Virus record (IMG/VR): IMGVR_UViG_3300020123_000589
Coordinates: 32,001 to 96,000 of that record
Origin: a virus
DNA: 64,000 nt
Strand: one strand, 5' to 3'
Part shown: piece after piece, positions 10,609-19,500 of the stretch
Position numbering within the stretch: position 1 is the first letter of the stretch
Layout: each line of letters opens with the position of its first letter
Notes under the pieces: generated by a model
What the model was told of the DNA's origin: nothing
Databases searched by the model: none
Seen by the model: only the letters and a program-made list of their open reading frames with translations
Program-made: the position numbers and the translations under genes

Positions 10609-11482
10609 TTCTAAAATTACAGACTTAACAGGGAAAATATTTGGTAGACTCACAATTATTAAATTAGATAAGGTTGTAAATTATTGTTCTTATTGGTTAG
10701 CCAAGTGCTCTTGTGGAAACGTCATAAGTGCTCGAAGAAGTAATCTTATAAATGGACATATTCAATCTTGTGGATGTTTGTCGCATGAATTGCGCGTACA
10801 ACGTGGGAAAGACAATAAAATACATGGGATGGAAGGAACAAGGTTTTATAGAATTTGGCATGGAATGAAAGGTAGATGTTTAAATCCAAATGACAAGGAT
10901 TACCCAAAGTATGGTGGAAAGCTTTGTGAGAGGTGGTTTGAGTTTCTTAATTTTAGAAACGATTTATACAACAGCTATGTAAAGCACGTAGAAGAGTTTG
11001 GGGAGGAAAATACCAGTTTAGACAGGTTTCCTAATCAGATTGGCAATTATGAACTTAGCAACGTTCGCTGGGCGACTAGAGAAGAACAACAGCAAAATAC
11101 CAGAATGTCTGCAAAAACGGGTAATTACGAAAAACATATTTATTGGAAAAATCGGATTCAAGATACAATTTGTCAAGCATTAAAACGTCAAACAAATAGC
11201 CCAATACTTGAACAATATGTAGGATGCAATTTGAATGACCTTCGTAAACACATTGAATCCCAATTTCAAGAAGGAATGACTTGGAATAATCATGGACGTA
11301 GCTACGGGCAGTGGCAAATTGATCACATTATTGGTTGTAATAATTTTGATCTTTCTAATGAGGCAGAACGAAAGCAGTGTTTCTATTATGTTAACTTACG
11401 ACCGATGTGGAAAGAAGATCATGTAAAAAAGAGTGTTCGTAGATTACAAGTTACAAAAGAGATTGCCAATGCCAAAATTTAA
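10601..11482 (+). CDS. HNH-type homing endonuclease
   Basis: DLTGKIFGRL..CSCG..SCGC, W.GMK.RC, SLDR...NYELSNVRWAT, GMTWNNHG..WQIDH..NLRPMW; likely ATG 10601 overlaps the upstream stop. Confidence 0.85.
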   Translation: MINSKITDLTGKIFGRLTIIKLDKVVNYCSYWLAKCSCGNVISARRSNLINGHIQSCGCLSHELRVQRGKDNKIHGMEGTRFYRIWHGMKGRCLNPNDKDYPKYGGKLCERWFEFLNFRNDLYNSYVKHVEEFGEENTSLDRFPNQIGNYELSNVRWATREEQQQNTRMSAKTGNYEKHIYWKNRIQDTICQALKRQTNSPILEQYVGCNLNDLRKHIESQFQEGMTWNNHGRSYGQWQIDHIIGCNNFDLSNEAERKQCFYYVNLRPMWKEDHVKKSVRRLQVTKEIANAKI

Positions 11483-13697
11483 ATGCCAAGAGTGCAGCCA
11501 TATTTTTGATGTAGATCGTATCCCCAAGATTGATAGAGGGTCTGATGCTCCAACAGTGAATGATTATTCAGGCAATTTTTTTTGGGGTCCCCGTGACCTC
11601 GGAACGGTACATCAGCATAGTCCAGCAGACTCTGGTTGGGCTCCCGCAGGTACAGAAAATTACGATGGAGTTTCATCTAACGTGATGATGAGTTCTTTCA
11701 ACAGCTTTATGCACAAGCAATCAAATTTAAGCAAAGCAGCTCATTGTGGTCCCTGCTCCGTACTTAAGATGGAAGTTCTTCACATCCTCATTGATCTTTA
11801 TTACAAAGACAATTCTTTATTCCCCGAAGAAGTTATTGAAGAACTTTCTGTAGCTGCAACGGAACTCAATATTGATAATTTTAATGATATTTTAGAAAGC
11901 GTTATCACAGAATATTTAGAAGAGAAAGCCGAAAAGGTTGGAGACAAATTGCCAAAGCTTAAGAATCTTTTGGTTGCTTTGAAAGATATTTCGCCTAAGC
12001 TTGGCAAAGATATTGAGGTTGTTGATAAGCAGGAGAATGTGGATAAAGAAGCTTCATCACATGTGCAAAATATTAATGGTGTTCGTGTATACCGAAATCC
12101 TCAACCAGAACAAGCTGTTAATTTATTTAGACATTCAAAAGAACAAGCGTTACGTTATATTGCTACAGAATATGGGGATATTTATATGTGGGATGCTTTT
12201 GATGTTGAGCATTCACAAATGGCTGAAGATCTTGGTCTAACAGATGACCCAAACTGGTATGACGGTGCAGGTACAATTATCTCAGAGAAACAGGCATATG
12301 AGAGAGCAAAAACATTTAATCCATCTTCTTTAGAGCCCCAAGTAGCTAATTTAAAACAAGCAGCCAAAGAAGTTCCAGCCCTTTCAAACAAAGTAGTTAC
12401 AGATTTGATTCCGATGTTTGTTGATAAAACAGAACCCCCAGACCATAAGTGTAAGACATGTTCTTTTAAAATAGAGAAAGACGGCAAAGCCACTTGTGTG
12501 ATTATGAAAGGTGAAATCAATTTAGAAAAGGGAAGTTGTAATTATTGGTCTGAAAGAGAAGTACCACAAAATGCCAATTCGTCCAAGATGGAAAGAAAAA
12601 CTGCTGGATATGTAGAAGTAGATGGATTGATTAATTGTAGCACCTGCTCCTACTACGAACATGATTTTTGTAAACTCTGGCAGGGGTCTGTTAAAGACGA
12701 ACAATGTTGCATGGCTTGGGAAGGAACTACAACAAAAGAAGCAAGTATAAATTTTCAACAGGCCATGGAGAAAGCTACAAAAGAGTTGATGGGGGAATGC
12801 AAATTAAATGATATAAAAGATATCTCTGGTGGTTATTGTGAAGATTGGGTAGCAACCGTAAAAAAATATTTTCCAAATATTAAACGAGTGGATTATTCCA
12901 TTGGTAAATATATTCCGCATTCTGTAATTGAATATAACGGAAAATTTTATGATAGTGAAACACCACAAGGGGTTTCATCTTTAGATGAATTACCCTTTTC
13001 CAAACGATATGTAAATGAAGGACCAATTGCTTTGGAAGATTATACAAAAGAAGGATCATTAAATAAACAAGCCAATCCTCCGAGTAGATTTTGGATTGCA
13101 CCAAATGGGAAAGAGTTTGATGCAGGTACTAACCACGGAGCTTGGATTAAAGTAAATAAAGATTTGCTTGACAAACAATATGGAATAAAGAATCCAAATC
13201 TTGGATACGTATGGGATGCCTTGTTAAATAATGGTTGGGTTCGTGTATCAAATGAGCCAGCAGGAACAGGATTTCAAATTCAAGTTAAAAATTTAAAAAG
13301 CTTACCATCTTTTCTCGATGATTTTGTATCTCAAAATTTTAATGAGGGTAATCGTATTGAGATGGGAGATCAAAGCGGTAATTTAGTGCAAATTTATAAT
13401 CCCTTTCCCTCTCTTCAGAAAGCGGTCAATAGAGCGTTGTCATTAAGACAAACGGCAAATGCCAACTTAAAGCAAACATCCCTTCTCGATGAAGTATTGG
13501 ATCAAACGACCCAGGACGCTATTGCAGCTGAATACGGTCCTTCAATGCTCATTGCACTTAGATTCTATAATGATGCTGCACGTTATGGACAATCACCAGA
13601 TCGTGCGATGGCCTATGCTTTAGAAGAAGTAAAAAGAATGCATCGTCCATTGGAACAAAGAAAATTTTTAGAAGTGTTGGATACTTATTTTCAGTAA
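11469..13697 (+). CDS. multi-module protein (HiPIP-like pair, Cys-His-Asp module, WIxPxG module); probable C-terminal part of the split gene
   Basis: starts MPKFKCQEC (second half of a zinc ribbon); K-x-A linkers; alternative start GTG 11433. Confidence 0.62.
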   Translation: MPKFKCQECSHIFDVDRIPKIDRGSDAPTVNDYSGNFFWGPRDLGTVHQHSPADSGWAPAGTENYDGVSSNVMMSSFNSFMHKQSNLSKAAHCGPCSVLKMEVLHILIDLYYKDNSLFPEEVIEELSVAATELNIDNFNDILESVITEYLEEKAEKVGDKLPKLKNLLVALKDISPKLGKDIEVVDKQENVDKEASSHVQNINGVRVYRNPQPEQAVNLFRHSKEQALRYIATEYGDIYMWDAFDVEHSQMAEDLGLTDDPNWYDGAGTIISEKQAYERAKTFNPSSLEPQVANLKQAAKEVPALSNKVVTDLIPMFVDKTEPPDHKCKTCSFKIEKDGKATCVIMKGEINLEKGSCNYWSEREVPQNANSSKMERKTAGYVEVDGLINCSTCSYYEHDFCKLWQGSVKDEQCCMAWEGTTTKEASINFQQAMEKATKELMGECKLNDIKDISGGYCEDWVATVKKYFPNIKRVDYSIGKYIPHSVIEYNGKFYDSETPQGVSSLDELPFSKRYVNEGPIALEDYTKEGSLNKQANPPSRFWIAPNGKEFDAGTNHGAWIKVNKDLLDKQYGIKNPNLGYVWDALLNNGWVRVSNEPAGTGFQIQVKNLKSLPSFLDDFVSQNFNEGNRIEMGDQSGNLVQIYNPFPSLQKAVNRALSLRQTANANLKQTSLLDEVLDQTTQDAIAAEYGPSMLIALRFYNDAARYGQSPDRAMAYALEEVKRMHRPLEQRKFLEVLDTYFQ

Positions 13698-13700
13698 GAC

Positions 13701-13729
13701 TTGACTCCTTTCGATAAGTGTGGTATAAT
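13701..13729 (+). promoter_or_regulatory. sigma70-type promoter, probably giving a leaderless deoC mRNA
   Basis: TTGACT-17 nt-TATAAT with extended -10 TG; ATG follows 7 nt after the -10 box. Confidence 0.75.
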
Positions 13730-13736
13730 AGAGAGA

Positions 13737-14444
13737 ATGGAAATAAATAAACTGATTGATCATACTGAGTTGCAACCCAATAAGCCGCTTGGCCGTTATA
13801 CGGAGTTAGTACGAGAATCTATTTTTCATAAATTTCATTCTGTATGTGTTTCTAGTTTTCATACACCACTAGTTGCCAATTTTCTTCATTCATACGTCCA
13901 CACAGATATGAATTTAAATATTGCGGTAGCAACGACAATCGGATTCCCTTTAGGCACCAGCAGCATCCAAGCAAAAGTAGTTGAGATGCAACAAGCATTT
14001 AACGATGGTGCAACAGAGTTTGATTTTTGTATTAATACAGGTTTAGTGAAAACAAAAGAATGGAAGCACATTAAAGATGAATTTGTTACACTTCGTAATG
14101 CAATACCCACAACTGAAAAGTTTCATCCAATTTTGAAGGTTATTTTAGAAGTGGGGTTGTTGGAAGATGACGAGATAAAAAGAGCTTGTGATATTGCAGT
14201 TGCAGCAGGTTTGGATTTTGTCAAAACATCTTCAGGATTCCTTTCAAAATTAGAACCAAAACAGACCTCCAGATATGTCAAATTGATGTCCGATCAAGTT
14301 AAAGGTAGTGGGATGTTGGTTAAGGCCAGCGGTGGAATAAAGACTTTAAGTGATGTTAATTTGATGCTAGAAAACGGTGCGAATCGAATTGGCACGTCAA
14401 ATGGTGTATCAATAATGAAAGAAATAGAGGAGAATAAGAAGTGA
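13737..14444 (+). CDS. deoC: deoxyribose-phosphate aldolase
   Basis: IDHT.L, IGFPLG, GATEFD, LKVILE, FVKTSSG (Schiff-base Lys), [15 protein letters not shown]. Confidence 0.93.
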   Translation: MEINKLIDHTELQPNKPLGRYTELVRESIFHKFHSVCVSSFHTPLVANFLHSYVHTDMNLNIAVATTIGFPLGTSSIQAKVVEMQQAFNDGATEFDFCINTGLVKTKEWKHIKDEFVTLRNAIPTTEKFHPILKVILEVGLLEDDEIKRACDIAVAAGLDFVKTSSGFLSKLEPKQTSRYVKLMSDQVKGSGMLVKASGGIKTLSDVNLMLENGANRIGTSNGVSIMKEIEENKK

Positions 14445-15097
14445 CAAGTAGACGAAAACAATTTTGCCCTAAAGGACATGACACATTTGTATTTGGACGT
14501 GATAGTAATTATAGATGCAATGCGTGTAGAAAGCCAGTTTCTTTAGGCATAAGAGCAGCTGAGCCAACTATAAAAAAGCAATTTTGTCCACAGGGGCATG
14601 ATACATTTATTGTGGGTAGGAATAAAAGTGGTGGGGGTTGTAAGGAATGTAGTAGAGAAAACAGACGGATTTCGTATAGAAAAACTGCAACTGGAAAGTC
14701 AGTTGGTCGGCCAAAATCTAGCAAAAACAAGCACATTAAACAAGTTTGTAGACGTGGACATGATCTTTCTATAATTGGAAGAGATCAGTTTGGTAATTGT
14801 AAAAGATGTATGAAGCTTTGCCATAGAGCGAATGCTGTTAAATATGCAATGGATAGACAACTTCGAGTACCAAAATTTGGTCAGCGAGGTATTTTACAAA
14901 TATATAAAAATTGCCCTAAGGATAAAACTGTAGATCACTACATCCCTCTGCGAGGCAAAAAAGTATCGGGTTTGCATGTAAGTTGGAATCTACAATATTT
15001 AACTATGATAGAAAATATTAAAAAGTCCAATAAAATAAATCTTTTGGAAGCTTCCGAATGGTATGGTAAATTGTTGGAAAAAGCGGAGCTAAAATAA
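14441..15097 (+). CDS. HNH endonuclease with N-terminal C-x-x-G-H zinc repeats
   Basis: three CxxGHD...CxxC repeats; [30 protein letters not shown] core. Confidence 0.85.
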   Translation: MTSRRKQFCPKGHDTFVFGRDSNYRCNACRKPVSLGIRAAEPTIKKQFCPQGHDTFIVGRNKSGGGCKECSRENRRISYRKTATGKSVGRPKSSKNKHIKQVCRRGHDLSIIGRDQFGNCKRCMKLCHRANAVKYAMDRQLRVPKFGQRGILQIYKNCPKDKTVDHYIPLRGKKVSGLHVSWNLQYLTMIENIKKSNKINLLEASEWYGKLLEKAELK

Positions 15098-15125
15098 CAG
15101 AAAAGAATTGAAAAGGAGATACGAA

Positions 15126-15557
15126 ATGGACAAATATTACGTCAGCGATGGTAACGGTGGGAAAGAGATTCCCATCATAAAGAAAGAAGACCCCTACAAA
15201 GCTATTCTAGCGAAGGCTGAGGCACCTACAAGCCGCGAAAAGGTACACGATGAGGTTGTAGCTGGTGATGCCACTACAAAAGAATACAAGACTTCTTTTG
15301 CTGGAAAAGAAGAATCTGTTGTTACAGAACCAGAAAAAGAACTCGTTTATGGTCATTGCAATAATTGTCGTGTTGAACTTACTGAAGATAAAGTAACAAA
15401 GAACGCCATTGATTATCAGAGAAATGAAGATGGAAGCCTTAGCAAAATCGCGTCTAGATTTAGTGTATTTTGTAAAAATTGTATGAAGTTTATTACAATA
15501 ATTGACAGGGATGCTGTTAAGATGCTCCAAGATATGATCAAAAAAGGTGTTCGATAA
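15126..15557 (+). CDS. hypothetical zinc-ribbon protein
   Basis: SD AGGAG before ATG 15126; CNNC...CKNC. Confidence 0.65.
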   Translation: MDKYYVSDGNGGKEIPIIKKEDPYKAILAKAEAPTSREKVHDEVVAGDATTKEYKTSFAGKEESVVTEPEKELVYGHCNNCRVELTEDKVTKNAIDYQRNEDGSLSKIASRFSVFCKNCMKFITIIDRDAVKMLQDMIKKGVR

Positions 15558-15580
15558 GAACAGGAGAAAGCACTAATTTT

Positions 15581-15805
15581 ATGATTGCATTAGCTGAAAG
15601 GAAGGTTGCCGTGAAGAAATATACCGATGCGTGGATCAAGTGCGAATTATGCCACTACGGAAACAATTTCATCATTGAAATTAAAAAGAATGACGATAAA
15701 TATTTCTATGCGGAAAAATGCCCACGCTGTAATTCTTACGGTGAATTTCGTGAATGTACTTGCCGTGAAGCATCAAAATATTTACTTTTGGACGACATGC
15801 CTTAA
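15581..15805 (+). CDS. small zinc-ribbon protein
   Basis: CELC...CPRC; AGGAG upstream. Confidence 0.55.
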   Translation: MIALAERKVAVKKYTDAWIKCELCHYGNNFIIEIKKNDDKYFYAEKCPRCNSYGEFRECTCREASKYLLLDDMP

Positions 15806-15848
15806 GCCGTACCCGCCCCACACAAATCTGCTGTATAAGGACTTCCAT

Positions 15849-16499
15849 ATGAAAAAGTTATTAGGCGTTGTTATTGCCTGTTCTTTGCTTTTGTCTGCCT
15901 GTTTACCTCGTGATATTGCTCTCGCTAGGCGTTGTCTTTCCTCCACAGTTTTAGTTCATATAAAAATTGCTAAAGGAGATAAGCGCGGCATGGGTACTTG
16001 CTCAGGTGTTTATGTAGCCCCCAATCTCATTTTAACAGCTAATCATTGTGTAGATATGGAAGATGGACTCGAATTAAAAGGAATTTGGATTCGAAATGTT
16101 TATGATGAAGCTGCAAAAGCAGAAATTGTAAAAGTAGATGCTGAGAAAGATTTGGCATTGCTCAAGACATCGCTTAAAGGCATTCCAGTTTCCTTAGCTA
16201 GGAAAGTAACAGTGGGAGAAGAAGTTTGGGTAATTGGGCAACCTCTCGGTTTAAAGTTTGTTGTAACTAAAGGCATCATTAGCAGCCTTAATGTTTCAAC
16301 TTTGAGTTTTCCAATAAATCATTTTATTACGGATGCTGTTGTTTTGCCAGGAAATTCGGGTGGACCCGCTTTCAATTCAAGGGGTCAGCTCGTAGGTATT
16401 TTAACAATGAGTACGTCTGTATTTGGGGTATTTGGTGCAGCTGGTTTAGGTATTGTAGTTCAAATCGACGAAGTGAGAAAATTTTTAAAACAAAAATAA
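15849..16499 (+). CDS. trypsin-like (S1/HtrA-type, no PDZ) serine protease, predicted lipoprotein
   Basis: TANHC, DLALL, GNSGGP triad motifs; MKK + hydrophobic stretch + LSAC lipobox; SD AAGGA. Confidence 0.88.
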   Translation: MKKLLGVVIACSLLLSACLPRDIALARRCLSSTVLVHIKIAKGDKRGMGTCSGVYVAPNLILTANHCVDMEDGLELKGIWIRNVYDEAAKAEIVKVDAEKDLALLKTSLKGIPVSLARKVTVGEEVWVIGQPLGLKFVVTKGIISSLNVSTLSFPINHFITDAVVLPGNSGGPAFNSRGQLVGILTMSTSVFGVFGAAGLGIVVQIDEVRKFLKQK

Positions 16500-16500
16500 C

Positions 16501-19500
16501 ATGCAAAAGAAAGCAAATATCCTCGACTGGCCTAAGCCATCTTTAGAGCCAGCTATTTGGAATCCAGATAATACTTTAAAGCCTGAAGTTAAGGAATTCA
16601 TTTTAGGTTTTATCCATTCCTTTGCCAAAGCGAATAATTTTAAAGATATTAATGCCTGGATAACAGATGTTAAATTTGTTGGTTCCCTAACAACAAATTG
16701 TTGGAATTCCAATTCTGATATGGATATTCATATCGCTGTAGATCTTTCCAAGTTTGTCGAAGTGGAACATCCCGAGATGTCTGAGCAAGAAGCCAGCGAT
16801 TATTTAGACGGTATTCGTAAACAGGTTGATCAAGTGAAAGCTAAAGTTCCAGGTACTGAGCATCCTACAGAAATCTATTTTGAAACAGAGTTTACCACAC
16901 ATGCCAGCCAGGAATTCTCTGGTACGTATTCAGTTTTGCAGGATAAGTGGCTCTTAGAACCCCATATTGTTGGACAAGATTTTGACATGTCCACGCTACA
17001 TCCCGACCTATTAAATTTAGCCAAGGAAACAGCATCAGAGTTGGATGCCTCTTTTGGTGAGCTTAAGAGAGATGTTCAGGATATTAAAGAGCTTGAAGAA
17101 ACTCTTAATTATTGGCCACCTGAGCAAAGGGAACTGCTTGAAAAGAAATTGCAAAAGAGATTAGATGAACTTGAACAGGATATTAAAGTACTCGTAGAGT
17201 TACGTGAGGATGTGGCGGAGAAGCGTAAGCATTATAAAGCTTTGTCTGAGCAAGAAGTTCGATTTAAATACTTGCAGAAGTACTTTTACATGCATGTCCT
17301 TACAGATCTTAAAACCCTTCTAAAACAATCCCCTGAACTATCTGTTAAAGATATTCCAATTGTTGAGAATATTATGCAGCAAGCCTCCTTAAAATTAGCC
17401 TACCAAGAAGAAGAGAATCGAATTTTGGTAGATATGGATGATACTATTTGTCATGAAGCTTCCGATGGTGAATGTGGAGAGCCTATGGAAGGGGTTAAAG
17501 AAGCCCTTACAAAGCTCAAAGAAATGGGTTACGAGATTGTAATTTTTAGCCATAGAGCAGATGATAAACATGGCGAAGATGAAATCAAAAAGTATCTAGA
17601 AGCTCATGAGATTCCCTATGATTCTATATATAAAGGTGAAAAACCTTTAGCCAGATTTCAGATAGATGATCGAGCGATCCATTTTGATAATTGGAATAGT
17701 GTATTAAAGCAGATTGAGAAATCAGCTTCTCTTTCAACCAAATATTGGATTGATCCTAATGGCAAAGAATATCAAGTGGGGACAGCTTTAGGGCATTACG
17801 GATGGGTTGCTAAGAACATTTTAAAAGTTGATGATGAAGCCGTTAAGAATGATAAAAATCTCTTAAATCAAGTTTATAATAAAACAGAGCAAATGATGGA
17901 AGAAGGTTGGGCAAGAATTTCTTCTGAAAGTGGGGGGCAATTTGCTATAGAAGTTAATAAGTTAGAAAACCTACCTTCTTATCTGGATAATTTTATTGCC
18001 GCACATTTTAATCAGGCAGAAGCTGAAAACGGTGTTGGTATTGAATTAGATGACCAACAGGGAAGCTTTGTAACAATTACAGATCCCTTTCCTAATATTC
18101 AACAAGCTGTTACAAAGAAACTTAATAATCAAATGTCAGTAGCAGCAAAAATCCTTTCCAAAAAAGAAGCTACTGCTTTCAATCCATACCAAGATGAATC
18201 CTTGAAACAAGGACCTCCTTATGCTATTTATATTGGAACACAGGAGATGGGGGAAGGATATGCTCCTGTTAAGCTTTACAATATTTTTGGGGAGCATCCC
18301 AGATTTGGAAGTACTGTGGCTGAAGAAACTCTACAGGAATTGGGCATTCCAATACGAGAAACCAAAACGGCACAGTTAGGCTCTGAATACGACTTCAGTT
18401 CCACACATTTTTTGTTGCCAAAAGAGATTGCTGAGAAAATAATTAGATGGGCTGTGGAAACCATCCCAGAAGATCAAATAGTTCATGATAGCAAAGATCC
18501 AGGAACTAAAGGGGTTCAACTAGAATCTCACATCACTTTAAAATATGGTTTGCTTACCGATGACTTTGAAGAGGTGAAGAAAGCCCTTGAAGGTGAGAAA
18601 GCTCCCCATCTAAAATTTGGTAAAACCTCTTTCTTTGAACCCGAAGGGAAGGATTACGATGTTGTAATTATTCCCGTAGAAAGTGAAGACCTTCAAAAAT
18701 TAAATGAGAAGCTTTGTTCTCAAGTAGAACATGATGATCTGCAATTTAAAGAGTACCATCCCCATGTGACAGTTGCCTACATTAAAAAAGGTTTGGGGCC
18801 AAAGTATGAAGGGAAAGATATTTTAGAAGGTGAAGAACTTGATTTAAATGTACTAACCTTCTCTCCCAAGGAAGGTTCTAAACAGGAAATGGAACTTGGT
18901 AAAGCAACAGAGAAAAGCTCTAGTTTTATGCCATCAAATACAGATTTGGCACCAAGTAATGATTGGATTTCTGAAACAGGCTACCCAGGCAATTCTGAAA
19001 TGGATGCACCACAGAATGTTTCCGACGAGTCCACTTGGTATTCACCAGAGAATGATCGACCAAGAACGAGGAATTTTTGGCAGAAGATGCTTAGCTTGTT
19101 TCAGAAGCCTTTAAGTAAGAAAGAACCTAAGAATATCGTGCCTGTGAAAGAGGCTTCCTCCAATGTTTTCATGCTAGATACTGATTCTGGATTACAAACC
19201 AAAGCGTTAAAAGATCCTACATCAGAACAAGCCGTAAATTTATTTAACAGTACTCGTGGAGAAATTCATCAGCTTCGCTGGTTTATTCCTGTTGATGGCC
19301 ATTTATATATGTGGGATGCTTATGATTTAACTCATTGGGATGCCATTAAACAAATCGGAATTCCAGCCACTCGATTAGCGGAAGATATAAATACAGGAGT
19401 TGCACGTACTGAATATGAAGCTGAAATAATTGCCGAAGAATTTAAAGAGTTTGGATTTGTTAATATGAATAAACAAGCAAAACAATGGGTTACACCAACC

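Noticed and set aside
10603-11444. T4 gene 60-style ribosomal bypass between matching GAT codons
   Set aside because: The gap is over 800 nt, contains a translated ORF, and has no take-off hairpin; kept only as a split-gene observation
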